The translations under genes and the position numbers were made by a program. A DNA stretch of 64,000 nt from a virus. Under the pieces are notes generated by a model. It saw only the letters and a program-made list of their open reading frames with translations. It did no database searches and was not told the DNA's origin. The stretch lies in the IMG/VR virus record IMGVR_UViG_3300037067_022550. The stretch is one strand, 5' to 3'. Shown here one piece after another: positions 1 through 9,196 of this stretch. Each line of letters starts with the position of its first letter. The first letter of the stretch is position 1.

Positions 1-2
1 TT

Positions 3-584
3 TTTTGTCCTGAACTTAGAGTAATTATTAATACAGCCAAGCCAAATTGTGTTAAAACAAAAATTAGTTGGTTAGAAAATAATAATCGTGTAGAATTTGA
101 TTGCTATTATTTACGTATTTGGGTTGAAAACTTTGGAAGAGCAAGAGCAAAGGATGTTGAAGTATTTTTATCAAAAATTCTTATTAAAAATGGTGAAGGA
201 AAATATGTTGAAGTGGATTCGTTTTCTCCCATGAATTTAAAATGGTCTTATAATAATGAGTCCTGCTTAGACGGAATATCTCCAGGAATTGGAAGGCATT
301 GTGATTTAGCCCATGTTATTGATCCAAAATATAGATCCAATTTGTCGCCTCTTAATGGATTACAAAACCATCCTAAAGATAAAACAATTTTAGAATTAGA
401 TCTTGTTTTTCCTCTCAATACAAATGACCATCTCCTATTTGGTGTAGATTATATGTTGGAGATTAAAATCTCTTCTTCTAATGCAAAAATTGTTTGCAAT
501 AAAATAAAAATTACTCATACTGGAAAATGGAATATTGATAAAGAGAAAATGTTTCCGGAGTGCGTAAGCGTAATGAATGTTTAA
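3..584 (+). CDS. hypothetical protein, 5' end lies outside the window
   Basis: Frame 3 is open from nt 3 and runs into the listed ORF 213..584. No recognisable motif. Confidence 0.4.
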   Translation, partial: FCPELRVIINTAKPNCVKTKISWLENNNRVEFDCYYLRIWVENFGRARAKDVEVFLSKILIKNGEGKYVEVDSFSPMNLKWSYNNESCLDGISPGIGRHCDLAHVIDPKYRSNLSPLNGLQNHPKDKTILELDLVFPLNTNDHLLFGVDYMLEIKISSSNAKIVCNKIKITHTGKWNIDKEKMFPECVSVMNV

Positions 585-800
585 AAAATAAACACATCCA
601 TATCCCAATTAAATTGGAATTAGATCATGTTAATTTATACAACTTTATACTTGACTTTACCTGTAAAAGTTGTATAAATACAAGAAAAAGAAATAATGGC
701 TTCAATTTATCCTATGCTAAAGTCACGGTGATTTCTTGAAGCAAGTCTAATGAGTAAAATATGCTAACTGGATAAACAGCAGAAAAAAAGGAGAAAAGTT

Positions 801-1391
801 ATGCCATCAGGATACACAGCAGAAATAGAAAAAGGAATTAGTTTTGAAAGATTTGCCCTTAATTGTTCAAGAGCTTTTGGTGCTTTAATTTCAATGAGGG
901 ATGATCCTATGGATACTCCCATTCCAGACAAAATAGAACCAAGTGATTATCATTTTAAAGAATGGCAAAGAGCCAGAAAAGATTACGAATTGGCAAAAAA
1001 AATTACTTTAAAAAATGCAAAAGAATTAGCAAAAAATGATTATGAAAATGCAGTAAAATACAACAAGAAAAGCATTGCTGAAAAAAATGCTTTAAAAATT
1101 AAATATGAACAAATGCTTTCTAAAGTAATGAAATGGGTTCCTCCTTCAAAAGATCATGTTGCTTTTAAAGATTTTATGATAGACCAAATAAAAAAGTCAA
1201 TAGATTGGGATTGTGATACTAAATACAATAAAGATCCAGTATTGAAGTCTGCAAAAGAATGGCTTAAAGAAAAAATAGAAAGAAATAAAAATGATATAGA
1301 ATACCATTTTAAAAATCACAAAGAAGAATTAGAAAGATGTGCTAATAGAACAAAATGGATCCAAGATTTAAAAAATTCATTGAATGTTTAA
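801..1391 (+). CDS. hypothetical Lys-rich protein, first gene of the + strand operon
   Basis: Strong SD AAAGGAGAAAAGTT before the ATG. 196 aa with no motif recognised. Confidence 0.5.
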   Translation: MPSGYTAEIEKGISFERFALNCSRAFGALISMRDDPMDTPIPDKIEPSDYHFKEWQRARKDYELAKKITLKNAKELAKNDYENAVKYNKKSIAEKNALKIKYEQMLSKVMKWVPPSKDHVAFKDFMIDQIKKSIDWDCDTKYNKDPVLKSAKEWLKEKIERNKNDIEYHFKNHKEELERCANRTKWIQDLKNSLNV

Positions 1392-1422
1392 TAAATTAAA
1401 ACACAATAAATTGAGATATAAA

Positions 1423-2100
1423 ATGAAACCAACATTTTTGCTTACCAGTGGAGGAACTAAAGTCAAGATTGATATGGTGAGATCAATAACTAATATGTCT
1501 AATGGAACATTTGGCAGTAGAATTGCAGAGCATATTTTATTTTATGGCTATAAATTATCTTTTTTACATGCAAAATATTCAAAAACTCCAGAAAGATTGA
1601 TTGGAGGAGCTGCACTGTCAGAAAATTATGTTCCTTTGGATTTTGTTACATTTGAAGACTATGAAAAGAGTTTAAACGAAGAGCTAAAAAAGAAACCGGA
1701 CATCATTATTCTTGCAGCTGCTGTTTCAGATTATGGTGTTGAAAACTATATTGACGGTAAAATTCGTTCAAATGATGCATTGGTCATTAGATTAAAACCT
1801 TTACCAAAATTAATTAGTCAAGTCAGGGAGAAATGCCCTTCTTCCATTATTTGTGGTTTTAAACTTTTAGTTAATTCCACTGAAAAAGAGCTGAGAGAAG
1901 CTGCTATTGAATCTCTATTAAAAAATAAACTTGATTTAGTTGTTGGGAATGATCTAAGAGACATTAAAGCAGGAAAACACAAATTGTTAATAGTTGAAAA
2001 TAAAAGCGATAGTGTTGTTTCTACTACATATGAAAAATATTTACCAGAAGTAGTACTAGATAAATGCATGGAACATTGGCAATTAGGAGTATTGAGGTGA
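1423..2100 (+). CDS. coaB: phosphopantothenate--cysteine ligase (CoaB domain protein)
   Basis: LLTSGGTKVKIDMVRSITNMSNGTFGSRIAE and ILAAAVSDY match the CoaB nucleotide-binding motifs. Start chosen at MKPTF (nt 1423) rather than the ORF-track start at 1384. Confidence 0.7.
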   Translation: MKPTFLLTSGGTKVKIDMVRSITNMSNGTFGSRIAEHILFYGYKLSFLHAKYSKTPERLIGGAALSENYVPLDFVTFEDYEKSLNEELKKKPDIIILAAAVSDYGVENYIDGKIRSNDALVIRLKPLPKLISQVREKCPSSIICGFKLLVNSTEKELREAAIESLLKNKLDLVVGNDLRDIKAGKHKLLIVENKSDSVVSTTYEKYLPEVVLDKCMEHWQLGVLR

Positions 2101-2750
2101 AAAAAAATTTACTAATTGGTTTTACTGGAAGTGTTGCTTCAATCTTATATGAAAAGATTTGCAAGTCTTTTTATAAAGAATATAATGTTAAGGTTGTAAT
2201 GACAGAATCATCTAGACAATTTGTAAATGATACTGTTTTAAATGATATGGAAATAAAAGTTTTTTCAGATTATGACGAATTTTATGAACCTATTAATTTT
2301 GTTAATTCAACAGAAATGGTATTGAGATTAGATAATAAAAATGGAAGATACTGTAACAAAAATGACCCCATTCTACATATTCAACTTAGAGATTGGGCTG
2401 ACTGTTTACTAATTGCTCCTTGTTCTGCTAATACATTGGCTAAAATTTCCAATGGCATTTGTGATAATTTGCTTACATCAATTGTAAGAGCATGGGATTT
2501 CTCACTTAAAAAACAATTGCCTTGTAATAGTAATAAAAAAATTATTATTGCACCAGCTGCAAATTGTAAAATGTGGTGTCATCCAATTACACAAGAACAT
2601 ATTGATAAAATTGGGAAATGGGGAATTTGTGTTATTGATCCTGTTGAAAAGAAGCTAGCTTGTGGAGAAACTGGAATTGGGGCCATGGCAGACATTAGCA
2701 CAATTGTTCATACTGTTAAACAATATTTTTCTAATGAAACGGAACAATAA
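2097..2750 (+). CDS. coaC: phosphopantothenoylcysteine decarboxylase flavoprotein (CoaC / HFCD family)
   Basis: LLIGFTGSVASI, IAPCSANTLAKISNGICDNLLTS, IIIAPAAN and ACGETGIGAM motifs. AGGAG lies 7 nt before a GTG start at 2097, which overlaps the coaB stop as GTGA. Confidence 0.7.
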   Translation: MKKNLLIGFTGSVASILYEKICKSFYKEYNVKVVMTESSRQFVNDTVLNDMEIKVFSDYDEFYEPINFVNSTEMVLRLDNKNGRYCNKNDPILHIQLRDWADCLLIAPCSANTLAKISNGICDNLLTSIVRAWDFSLKKQLPCNSNKKIIIAPAANCKMWCHPITQEHIDKIGKWGICVIDPVEKKLACGETGIGAMADISTIVHTVKQYFSNETEQ

Positions 2751-2753
2751 AAA

Positions 2754-3785
2754 ATGTCAACAATTAAAATATATGATTGTTCTAATTCTGAAGAGAGACC
2801 CATTCATAGAAAATCAAGTCTTTGCCCTTTTATGAATGATATTTGCAGTGATTTAATGGAATATGTTGCCAAAGAAAAATCAGAACAATTTGAATATGTT
2901 ATAGATCCTGTAGATGCCGATGTTATATTTACTAATGATGTTTATCCCCAAAGCATACTTGATTTAGGAAAACCTACGGTTAAAAGAATGGATGGAGTTT
3001 TTTGGCAAAAAGAATTTCAAGACAGAAATAAAAAATATTTACAAGCTGCATATAACTCTTCTAAAATTATTTTTATTTCTAAATATAGTCAAGAATGTTT
3101 TTATAATTTATACCATTGTTTATATAATTTATACCCATTTTGTGATTTTAAAAGTAAATCCAAGGTAATTCTTAATGATGCTCCAGAAGACATATTTTAT
3201 CCACGTTGGGGTAGATTTTGTCTGCCAAAACCAATACACCAAATTACCTTTGCAGCTTGTGTTTCAAATTGGGAAAGAAAAGAAAAGAGATTTAATGATT
3301 TAATTAAGTTTGCAAAAATATGTTCAAATATAAAAGATATAGACATTTATATTAAATTAATTGGGGAATGTAGCCATAAATTACCTTCAAATGTATGGGC
3401 TAATGGATATTGCGAAAACAGAAAAGATATTGCAGACATATTAAGAGTTTCAGATGCTTTTATAAATTTATCTTTTAAAGATGCTGCCCCAAAAACAGTT
3501 TGTCAAGCGATTAGATGCGGATTGCCAGTACTCTATGCCAATTCAGGTGGAGTTGGAGAAATTGTTGGAGAATATGGAGTGCCAATATTTGATAATGAAA
3601 AAGAATTTCAAGCAGTTTATGAATTAAAAGAAAAAGATATTTATTTGTCATTAAATAGTTTTATAGAAAAAATATATGTTCTTCAAGAATCTTTACTTGT
3701 CAAACAAGATCCTTTTCAAAAAGAATTTATTTCTTACAAAAAAACACTTGACAATTACCTATCTGTTTTTTCAGAAGTGGCTTGA
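2754..3785 (+). CDS. glycosyltransferase (GT4-like C-terminal motif)
   Basis: The C-terminal CGLPVLYANSGGVGEIVGEYGVPIFD resembles the GT-B group-1 donor-binding motif. The rest is not recognised. Confidence 0.4.
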   Translation: MSTIKIYDCSNSEERPIHRKSSLCPFMNDICSDLMEYVAKEKSEQFEYVIDPVDADVIFTNDVYPQSILDLGKPTVKRMDGVFWQKEFQDRNKKYLQAAYNSSKIIFISKYSQECFYNLYHCLYNLYPFCDFKSKSKVILNDAPEDIFYPRWGRFCLPKPIHQITFAACVSNWERKEKRFNDLIKFAKICSNIKDIDIYIKLIGECSHKLPSNVWANGYCENRKDIADILRVSDAFINLSFKDAAPKTVCQAIRCGLPVLYANSGGVGEIVGEYGVPIFDNEKEFQAVYELKEKDIYLSLNSFIEKIYVLQESLLVKQDPFQKEFISYKKTLDNYLSVFSEVA

Positions 3786-3848
3786 TTTTCTTCTTGACTT
3801 TATAATTTATATTGCTATCTTTCTTTTAAAGAAACAAAAAAATAAAGG

Positions 3849-4844
3849 ATGAAAAAAATGAAGTTAGAAGAAATTGGATTTTATACTCTTAACGATAAAC
3901 GTGCAATTAACTTGAGCGATAATTCTCCAATGCAGAGATGCGAAATGCTTTTAACAGGCAATTGCAATTTTTCTTGTCCTTATTGTAGGGGATTTAAGAA
4001 TTTTAGCGAAAAGTGCGGAACAATTTCAAGAAAAACAGCCTTAATGGTTCTTGATATTTGGATTAATGATGGACTAAAAAATGTAAGGTTTTCTGGTGGA
4101 GAACCAACATTATATCCTCACTTATTTGAATTGGTAGAACGCTGCAAAAAAGGCAATGTTTCCCACATTGCAATTTCTAGTAATGGTTCTGCTGATACGG
4201 ATGTATACAAAAAATTAATAGACTTGGGAGTAAATGACTTTTCTATATCATTAGATGCTTGCTGTTCATCCTTTGCTGATAAAATGGCAGGGGTTGATGG
4301 TTACTTCAATAAGGTAACAAATAACATTAGGACGATATCAAAATTAACTTACGTAACTGTTGGTGTTGTTTTAAATGAAGCCAATATTGATGAAGTTATA
4401 AAAATAACAAAATTTGCAGATGAATTGGGGGTTTCTGATATTAGACTTATTTCTTCTGCCCAATACAATAGACTATTGGATCACGTTAAGATTATAGACA
4501 ACGATATATTGGATAGACACCCTATTTTAAAATACAGGATAAACAATGTTAAGAAATATAAAAATGTAAGAGGAATTTCAGAATTGGGTTGTAACCGTTG
4601 CTATATGGTTATAGATGATTCTGTTGTAGCTGGTAACGGAGACGATGCCTGGCATTTCCCTTGTGTAATCAATTTAAGAGAAGGCGGAAAAGCAATAGGC
4701 AGAGTTGGACCAAATATGAGAAAAGAAAGAATAGAATGGTTTAAGACCCATAATTCTTTTAGTGACCGTATATGTAGGACAAACTGCCTGGACGTTTGCC
4801 AAGATTACAATTGCAAATGTATGGAACTAAACAAAAATTTTTAG
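3849..4844 (+). CDS. radical SAM enzyme (MoaA-like core, Cys-rich C-terminal domain)
   Basis: CNFSCPYC (CX3CX2C) and GGEPTLYP motif. Cys-rich C-terminus CNRCYMV...WHFPC. SD AAGGA precedes the start. Confidence 0.65.
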   Translation: MKKMKLEEIGFYTLNDKRAINLSDNSPMQRCEMLLTGNCNFSCPYCRGFKNFSEKCGTISRKTALMVLDIWINDGLKNVRFSGGEPTLYPHLFELVERCKKGNVSHIAISSNGSADTDVYKKLIDLGVNDFSISLDACCSSFADKMAGVDGYFNKVTNNIRTISKLTYVTVGVVLNEANIDEVIKITKFADELGVSDIRLISSAQYNRLLDHVKIIDNDILDRHPILKYRINNVKKYKNVRGISELGCNRCYMVIDDSVVAGNGDDAWHFPCVINLREGGKAIGRVGPNMRKERIEWFKTHNSFSDRICRTNCLDVCQDYNCKCMELNKNF

Positions 4845-4856
4845 TTTGTTAGAAAA

Positions 4857-5657
4857 ATGATATCAATTCTTTTTAGAAATAGCTGGCACCATAATGGGGA
4901 ACTTGAAACAGGAGAAGAATTTGAAGTTTCCAAGAAATATTTTCCTGTTTATGAGTACCGTTCTCAGGTGACAGAAAATTCATTAATTATAGGTAGATAT
5001 TCTGTTTTGCCGTTCTATGAAGAATTAGAAAAAGAACTATCTCTAAAAAAATCACTACTTATAAATTCCTACAAACAGCATAGATATATAGCTGATATAA
5101 CTAATTATTGTGAAGATCTTAATGGTTTTACGCCAAAAACCTATACTCAATGGATGAATATTAAGGAAGGCAAATATATAGTCAAAGGCAAAACAAACAG
5201 CAGAAAATTTAGGTGGGATACGCACATGTATGCTCCCAATAGAGATAGCCTTTTACGGGTCATTAGAAACCTATTTACAGACCAAATGATAGCCGATCAA
5301 GGAGTTGTCGTAAGAGATTATATTCCATTGAAAAAACTAGGAGAAGGAATCAACGGTTTGCCTATTTCAGCAGAATGGCGTTGTTTTTGTTATAAAGATA
5401 AGGTTTTAGCAACAGGTTTTTATTGGAGTAATTTTGAAGAACTTTCGCCTGGAAACTTACCTCAAGAAGGGGTTGACTTCTTAAAAAAAGTTACTGCCAT
5501 TGTATCAAAAAAAGTAAATTTCTATGTGGTTGATGTTGCTCAGAAAGAAAATGGGGAATATATGGTAGTAGAATTGAATTGTGGAATGATGTCGGGATTG
5601 AGTTGTGTAGACCCCAACGAAATGTATGGCAACTTAAAAAAAGCCTTAAACAGTTAA
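4857..5657 (+). CDS. ATP-grasp family enzyme (RimK / glutathione synthetase-like)
   Basis: GKYIVKGKTNSRKF, VVVRDYIP and GEYMVVELNCGMMSG resemble the ATP-grasp motifs KP..GS.G.GV and EvN..PG. Confidence 0.45.
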   Translation: MISILFRNSWHHNGELETGEEFEVSKKYFPVYEYRSQVTENSLIIGRYSVLPFYEELEKELSLKKSLLINSYKQHRYIADITNYCEDLNGFTPKTYTQWMNIKEGKYIVKGKTNSRKFRWDTHMYAPNRDSLLRVIRNLFTDQMIADQGVVVRDYIPLKKLGEGINGLPISAEWRCFCYKDKVLATGFYWSNFEELSPGNLPQEGVDFLKKVTAIVSKKVNFYVVDVAQKENGEYMVVELNCGMMSGLSCVDPNEMYGNLKKALNS

Positions 5658-6431
5658 GTGATTATTTGCATGTACAGAATAATGTTCATCTTCCCACATA
5701 GGAATAGTGTTTGTATAATGAAAACATAATTTCTGTTGCTCTGGGTCTACTAAGTCAAAAGTATAGCAAGGTTTTATATGGTGTAAATGCCACTTTCTTA
5801 TTCCATCATTGGCTAAAGTCATTCCATGCTTAAATAAAGATTTGATATAATTTTTAAAGAATTCTGATGTACAAACTAAACACTCAACGATATGTAATGT
5901 TTTTTTAACTCTTTGGTCTTTCAAAGCCATATTCATCCTACAACGTAAAATCTTAAGCATTCTAAAAGACGGGTCTATTTTGCGTTTGATTTTTTCGTAT
6001 TTTGATTGAGCAATACGTATTTCTTTTTTGTGTTTAAAGCGGTATTGTTTTTCTCTAAATAAAATTTCATCTCTATGTTCCATTCTGTGTTTTTTTCTCT
6101 TTAGACTATTTTTTTCTTTATTTTTTAAATATTGTTGTTTTTTCTTAATTCTACGTTCATATTTATGTTTTAGTTCCCACTGTTTGAGCTTTAATTTCCT
6201 TTGTTCCTTATGCGTTGATATCCATTGGTTGTTTCTTAAATCAATTTTATCTTTATGTTTTAAATAATTTTGTTTATGCCACAAACTAATTTTATCTTTT
6301 TTATCTATTTTGTGTTGCTTATCACAAAATTTGCAATTACATTTCAGCCCATCAGAACGATATTTATCTTTGTAAAAATCATTGACGTTTCTTTCATGGT
6401 GACATTTAGAACATACTTTTGTGTCATTCAT
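5646..6431 (-). CDS. HNH endonuclease with N-terminal Zn finger and basic K/R-rich repeats
   Basis: CSKCHH...CNCKFC Zn finger, then K/R/H-rich repeats. C-terminal WHLHHIKPCY...HANNH is an HNH-like motif. Confidence 0.55.
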   Translation of the reverse strand: MNDTKVCSKCHHERNVNDFYKDKYRSDGLKCNCKFCDKQHKIDKKDKISLWHKQNYLKHKDKIDLRNNQWISTHKEQRKLKLKQWELKHKYERRIKKKQQYLKNKEKNSLKRKKHRMEHRDEILFREKQYRFKHKKEIRIAQSKYEKIKRKIDPSFRMLKILRCRMNMALKDQRVKKTLHIVECLVCTSEFFKNYIKSLFKHGMTLANDGIRKWHLHHIKPCYTFDLVDPEQQKLCFHYTNTIPMWEDEHYSVHANNHLTV

Positions 6432-6766
6432 TTTTCAAATTTCTCCAGTAGTTCCTTTAGGAAAATCTTAAAAGCACCAGAAATGTTGATAGCATGTTTT
6501 TCCCTCAACTTTTCTATCATTGTGTATTCTTCTTTATTTACTCGGAAGTTGAATTGTGTTTGATTTTTAATATATTTTGTTTTCATGTATAGTTATTCTG
6601 CACAAATGCCTTTAAAACCTTTATTTATTTTGTTATTTTTTATCTTGACATTTATAGGTCCTTTGGTAGTTTTTACTTATGTCCTTATTCAATTGATTTG
6701 AAATGTAGATATACTATAGAAAAAAATAGGAATAAAATTTTTGTGTATGGTTGGAAGAAAATAATT

Positions 6767-6973
6767 ATGAATAAAACTACAAATCAAAAAATTATTAATG
6801 CCATTAAAGTTTGGCAAACTAATCCGTTTTTACATCCTTTAACTTGTGGCAATGATAGTAGACATAGAAATCTCGAACCGTTTGACGATAATGGTATTAT
6901 TAAACTTAAATGTATAGATTGTGATTATATTCAAGATTTTATTCCTGAATGTGTATCAGAATTTAAGCACTAA
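6767..6973 (+). CDS. small Zn-ribbon protein
   Basis: CGND...CIDCDY Cys pairs. Start moved to the internal ATG at 6767 with GGAAG upstream (the ORF track used a TTG at 6698). Confidence 0.35.
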   Translation: MNKTTNQKIINAIKVWQTNPFLHPLTCGNDSRHRNLEPFDDNGIIKLKCIDCDYIQDFIPECVSEFKH

Positions 6974-7030
6974 AAAAATACGTCATGCAATGGTTGGTCT
7001 GTTAAATAAATATAAAATTAGGAGAAATCA

Positions 7031-7498
7031 ATGAGCGAGAATAGCTATTATTATGGTTATACAATTATAGGATGTCGCATAGATAACAAAGACATGGAAA
7101 AATTAATTAAAAAAGAGACGAATAAAAACAAAGTACAAAGACGTGGATGTGACCATGAAGTTCCCGAATCAGCACTTTTTTGTTCTTTATGCGGTAAAGC
7201 AAGAATTGTTAATTTTTTCAAAGAATTTACGAAACATGATCTTCTTGAAAAATTTGAAAAGGACGGTTTAAATTACGTTTTAACTACAGATAATTATAAT
7301 TGTTTTGTGACATTTTCTAAAAAATATATTGCTAGTACTGGAGATATTAATTACTATAGTAGTTTTAATATGATTAATATTCCATCAGAAATTGAACTAA
7401 TAGAACTTAAGAAAACACTTAAAAATAAATTAGAACCTTATGGACTTTGGAATGAATCCAATTTCAATATATGGGCTGTTGGACGTTGTTCCTGCTAA
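7031..7498 (+). CDS. hypothetical Cys-containing protein
   Basis: SD TAGGAGAAATCA before the ATG. CDHE...CSLCG motif. Confidence 0.4.
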   Translation: MSENSYYYGYTIIGCRIDNKDMEKLIKKETNKNKVQRRGCDHEVPESALFCSLCGKARIVNFFKEFTKHDLLEKFEKDGLNYVLTTDNYNCFVTFSKKYIASTGDINYYSSFNMINIPSEIELIELKKTLKNKLEPYGLWNESNFNIWAVGRCSC

Positions 7499-7546
7499 AT
7501 AGTTCTTGAAATTAATTATCATTTTCTGCTTTGTTTTTCTTTTTGT

Positions 7547-8056
7547 TTGTATAATAATTTAAAGAAAGGAAAGGTAATTATGAAATTTCAATGGGGATGG
7601 TGTGATTTATGTGATTCTTCATTTGTTTATTGCCCTAAATGCGGCAATAATTGTTGCAGTGGTACATATGGGAAAATTAATGATCAAACATGCGATGTTT
7701 GCGAACTAGCTTATCAATATCAACATTTGGCTATGGAAACAAAAACAGAACCAAGTAAGGAATATGTTGAAAAAAACCCCCCATCAAAAATACCCCATTG
7801 GTTTTATGCAGAATGCAAAACAATTTCAAAAATATTAGATATGCCTAAAGAAGAAAAACTAAAGCATATTAAAGAACACCCAGAAGAACACAAACATTGC
7901 TATAATGAATTAATATGCTGTTGTTTTATAGATGAAAAAGTAGATGATGAATTAATAGAAGCTCATAATAATATTCCGGAATATAATGTTCCAAAAAAAT
8001 ACTTAGAAGAAATAGAACTACTTGATAGGATTTTTTCGAACGGCGAAAAACACTAA
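7547..8056 (+). CDS. hypothetical Cys-rich (Zn-binding) protein
   Basis: SD AAAGGAAAGG upstream. Multiple CxxC pairs (CDLCD, CPKCG, CDVCE). Confidence 0.4.
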   Translation: MYNNLKKGKVIMKFQWGWCDLCDSSFVYCPKCGNNCCSGTYGKINDQTCDVCELAYQYQHLAMETKTEPSKEYVEKNPPSKIPHWFYAECKTISKILDMPKEEKLKHIKEHPEEHKHCYNELICCCFIDEKVDDELIEAHNNIPEYNVPKKYLEEIELLDRIFSNGEKH

Positions 8057-8080
8057 TTAAAATTTAATGAAATAAAATAT

Positions 8081-8386
8081 ATGAAAATAAAGGGAATTTG
8101 GGAAACAAGAAAAGTTTGGATTGATGGCGAATATCTTGATCCAATAAATAGTCAGAAAGTATATAATCATTCTCCAGATGGTCATTGTTGGTCTTATTCT
8201 GGATCTGGTCCATCACAATTAGCTTTATCAATTTTGTTGTATCATTTTCCAAAAGAAAAGGCTATTATATGGTATCAGGAATTTAAGAGAGATGTTATAG
8301 CTAACCTTCCTGCTACTGATTTTGAACTTGATATTGATTTGGATGAATGGATAAAAACAAAACAAAATGAGTCAGTGAAAATTTGA
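8081..8386 (+). CDS. hypothetical protein
   Basis: 101-aa ORF. Preferred over the overlapping low-complexity antisense ORF 8064..8252. Confidence 0.35.
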   Translation: MKIKGIWETRKVWIDGEYLDPINSQKVYNHSPDGHCWSYSGSGPSQLALSILLYHFPKEKAIIWYQEFKRDVIANLPATDFELDIDLDEWIKTKQNESVKI

Positions 8387-8389
8387 TCA

Positions 8390-9121
8390 TTATTTTGGTA
8401 AAGAATGATTATTTAACTTTTTCATTAAAGAACTGCTCAATTTGTTATTTAAATAATCAGTGTAATATTTGTTGGCAGTAACTGGCACTGGTTGTTGACG
8501 AATTTGATTTGGCTTTTTATACCTACCTCTTGTGAACCTATCCCAAGCTTGCATAACAGCCGTAGTTTGACTTGCCGGTGGTATGTCTTTTGCTGGATTT
8601 TTTATTTTATTAGATCTTATTGCTTTTATCCAATATTCGTCATTTTTAGTAATATTGGGAACAGCCGTAGACGGAGTTGATGTTTGAGCTACAGGTTGTT
8701 GCCCCTGGACTTGATTAGAAGGCTGTGGCTGTACTGGAGCTTTATTAGGAAGCTCTTGAGTAGTTGACTGTGGTTCATAAGCGTTAACTTGTTCAACAAA
8801 ACCATTAACAGTTGAATTTATTGTATCTTGTAATTTTTGAATAAGAGAAGCTATGCCTTTATATTCAGGAAAATTTTTCAAGTAACCCATTGCAGCACTA
8901 TTAGACTTATTAATAGTGGTATTGAAATCCCATATTTGTTTTACTAATTTATTTAACCAGTTTTCTAAGTAATCTATTGAAGCAGCAGGCATTTGAAATG
9001 TTTGTGCTGTCTTTAATATTTTTTTGCTGCTATTACCCAAAATAACATTTTTAACAATAGATTCTATTTCTTTATTAGATAAATTTAAAAATATTGAATT
9101 AGCATATGTTGTAATATTCAT
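8390..9121 (-). CDS. hypothetical protein with Q/P-rich linker
   Basis: 243 aa with a central low-complexity PQ-rich segment (QPQPSNQVQGQQPVAQ). Confidence 0.45.
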   Translation of the reverse strand: MNITTYANSIFLNLSNKEIESIVKNVILGNSSKKILKTAQTFQMPAASIDYLENWLNKLVKQIWDFNTTINKSNSAAMGYLKNFPEYKGIASLIQKLQDTINSTVNGFVEQVNAYEPQSTTQELPNKAPVQPQPSNQVQGQQPVAQTSTPSTAVPNITKNDEYWIKAIRSNKIKNPAKDIPPASQTTAVMQAWDRFTRGRYKKPNQIRQQPVPVTANKYYTDYLNNKLSSSLMKKLNNHSLPK

Positions 9122-9196
9122 AATTAAAATCCTTTTTTAAATTATTCACTAAAAAAAATAAAAATCCTGTTAAATAATATCAAAGGATAGGTAGGA

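Noticed and set aside
6028-6563. + strand ORFs 6028..6267 and 6270..6563 (Phe/Leu/Cys-rich)
   Set aside because: Low-complexity antisense products of the K/R-rich repeat region of the HNH gene, with no SD and hydrophobic junk composition.
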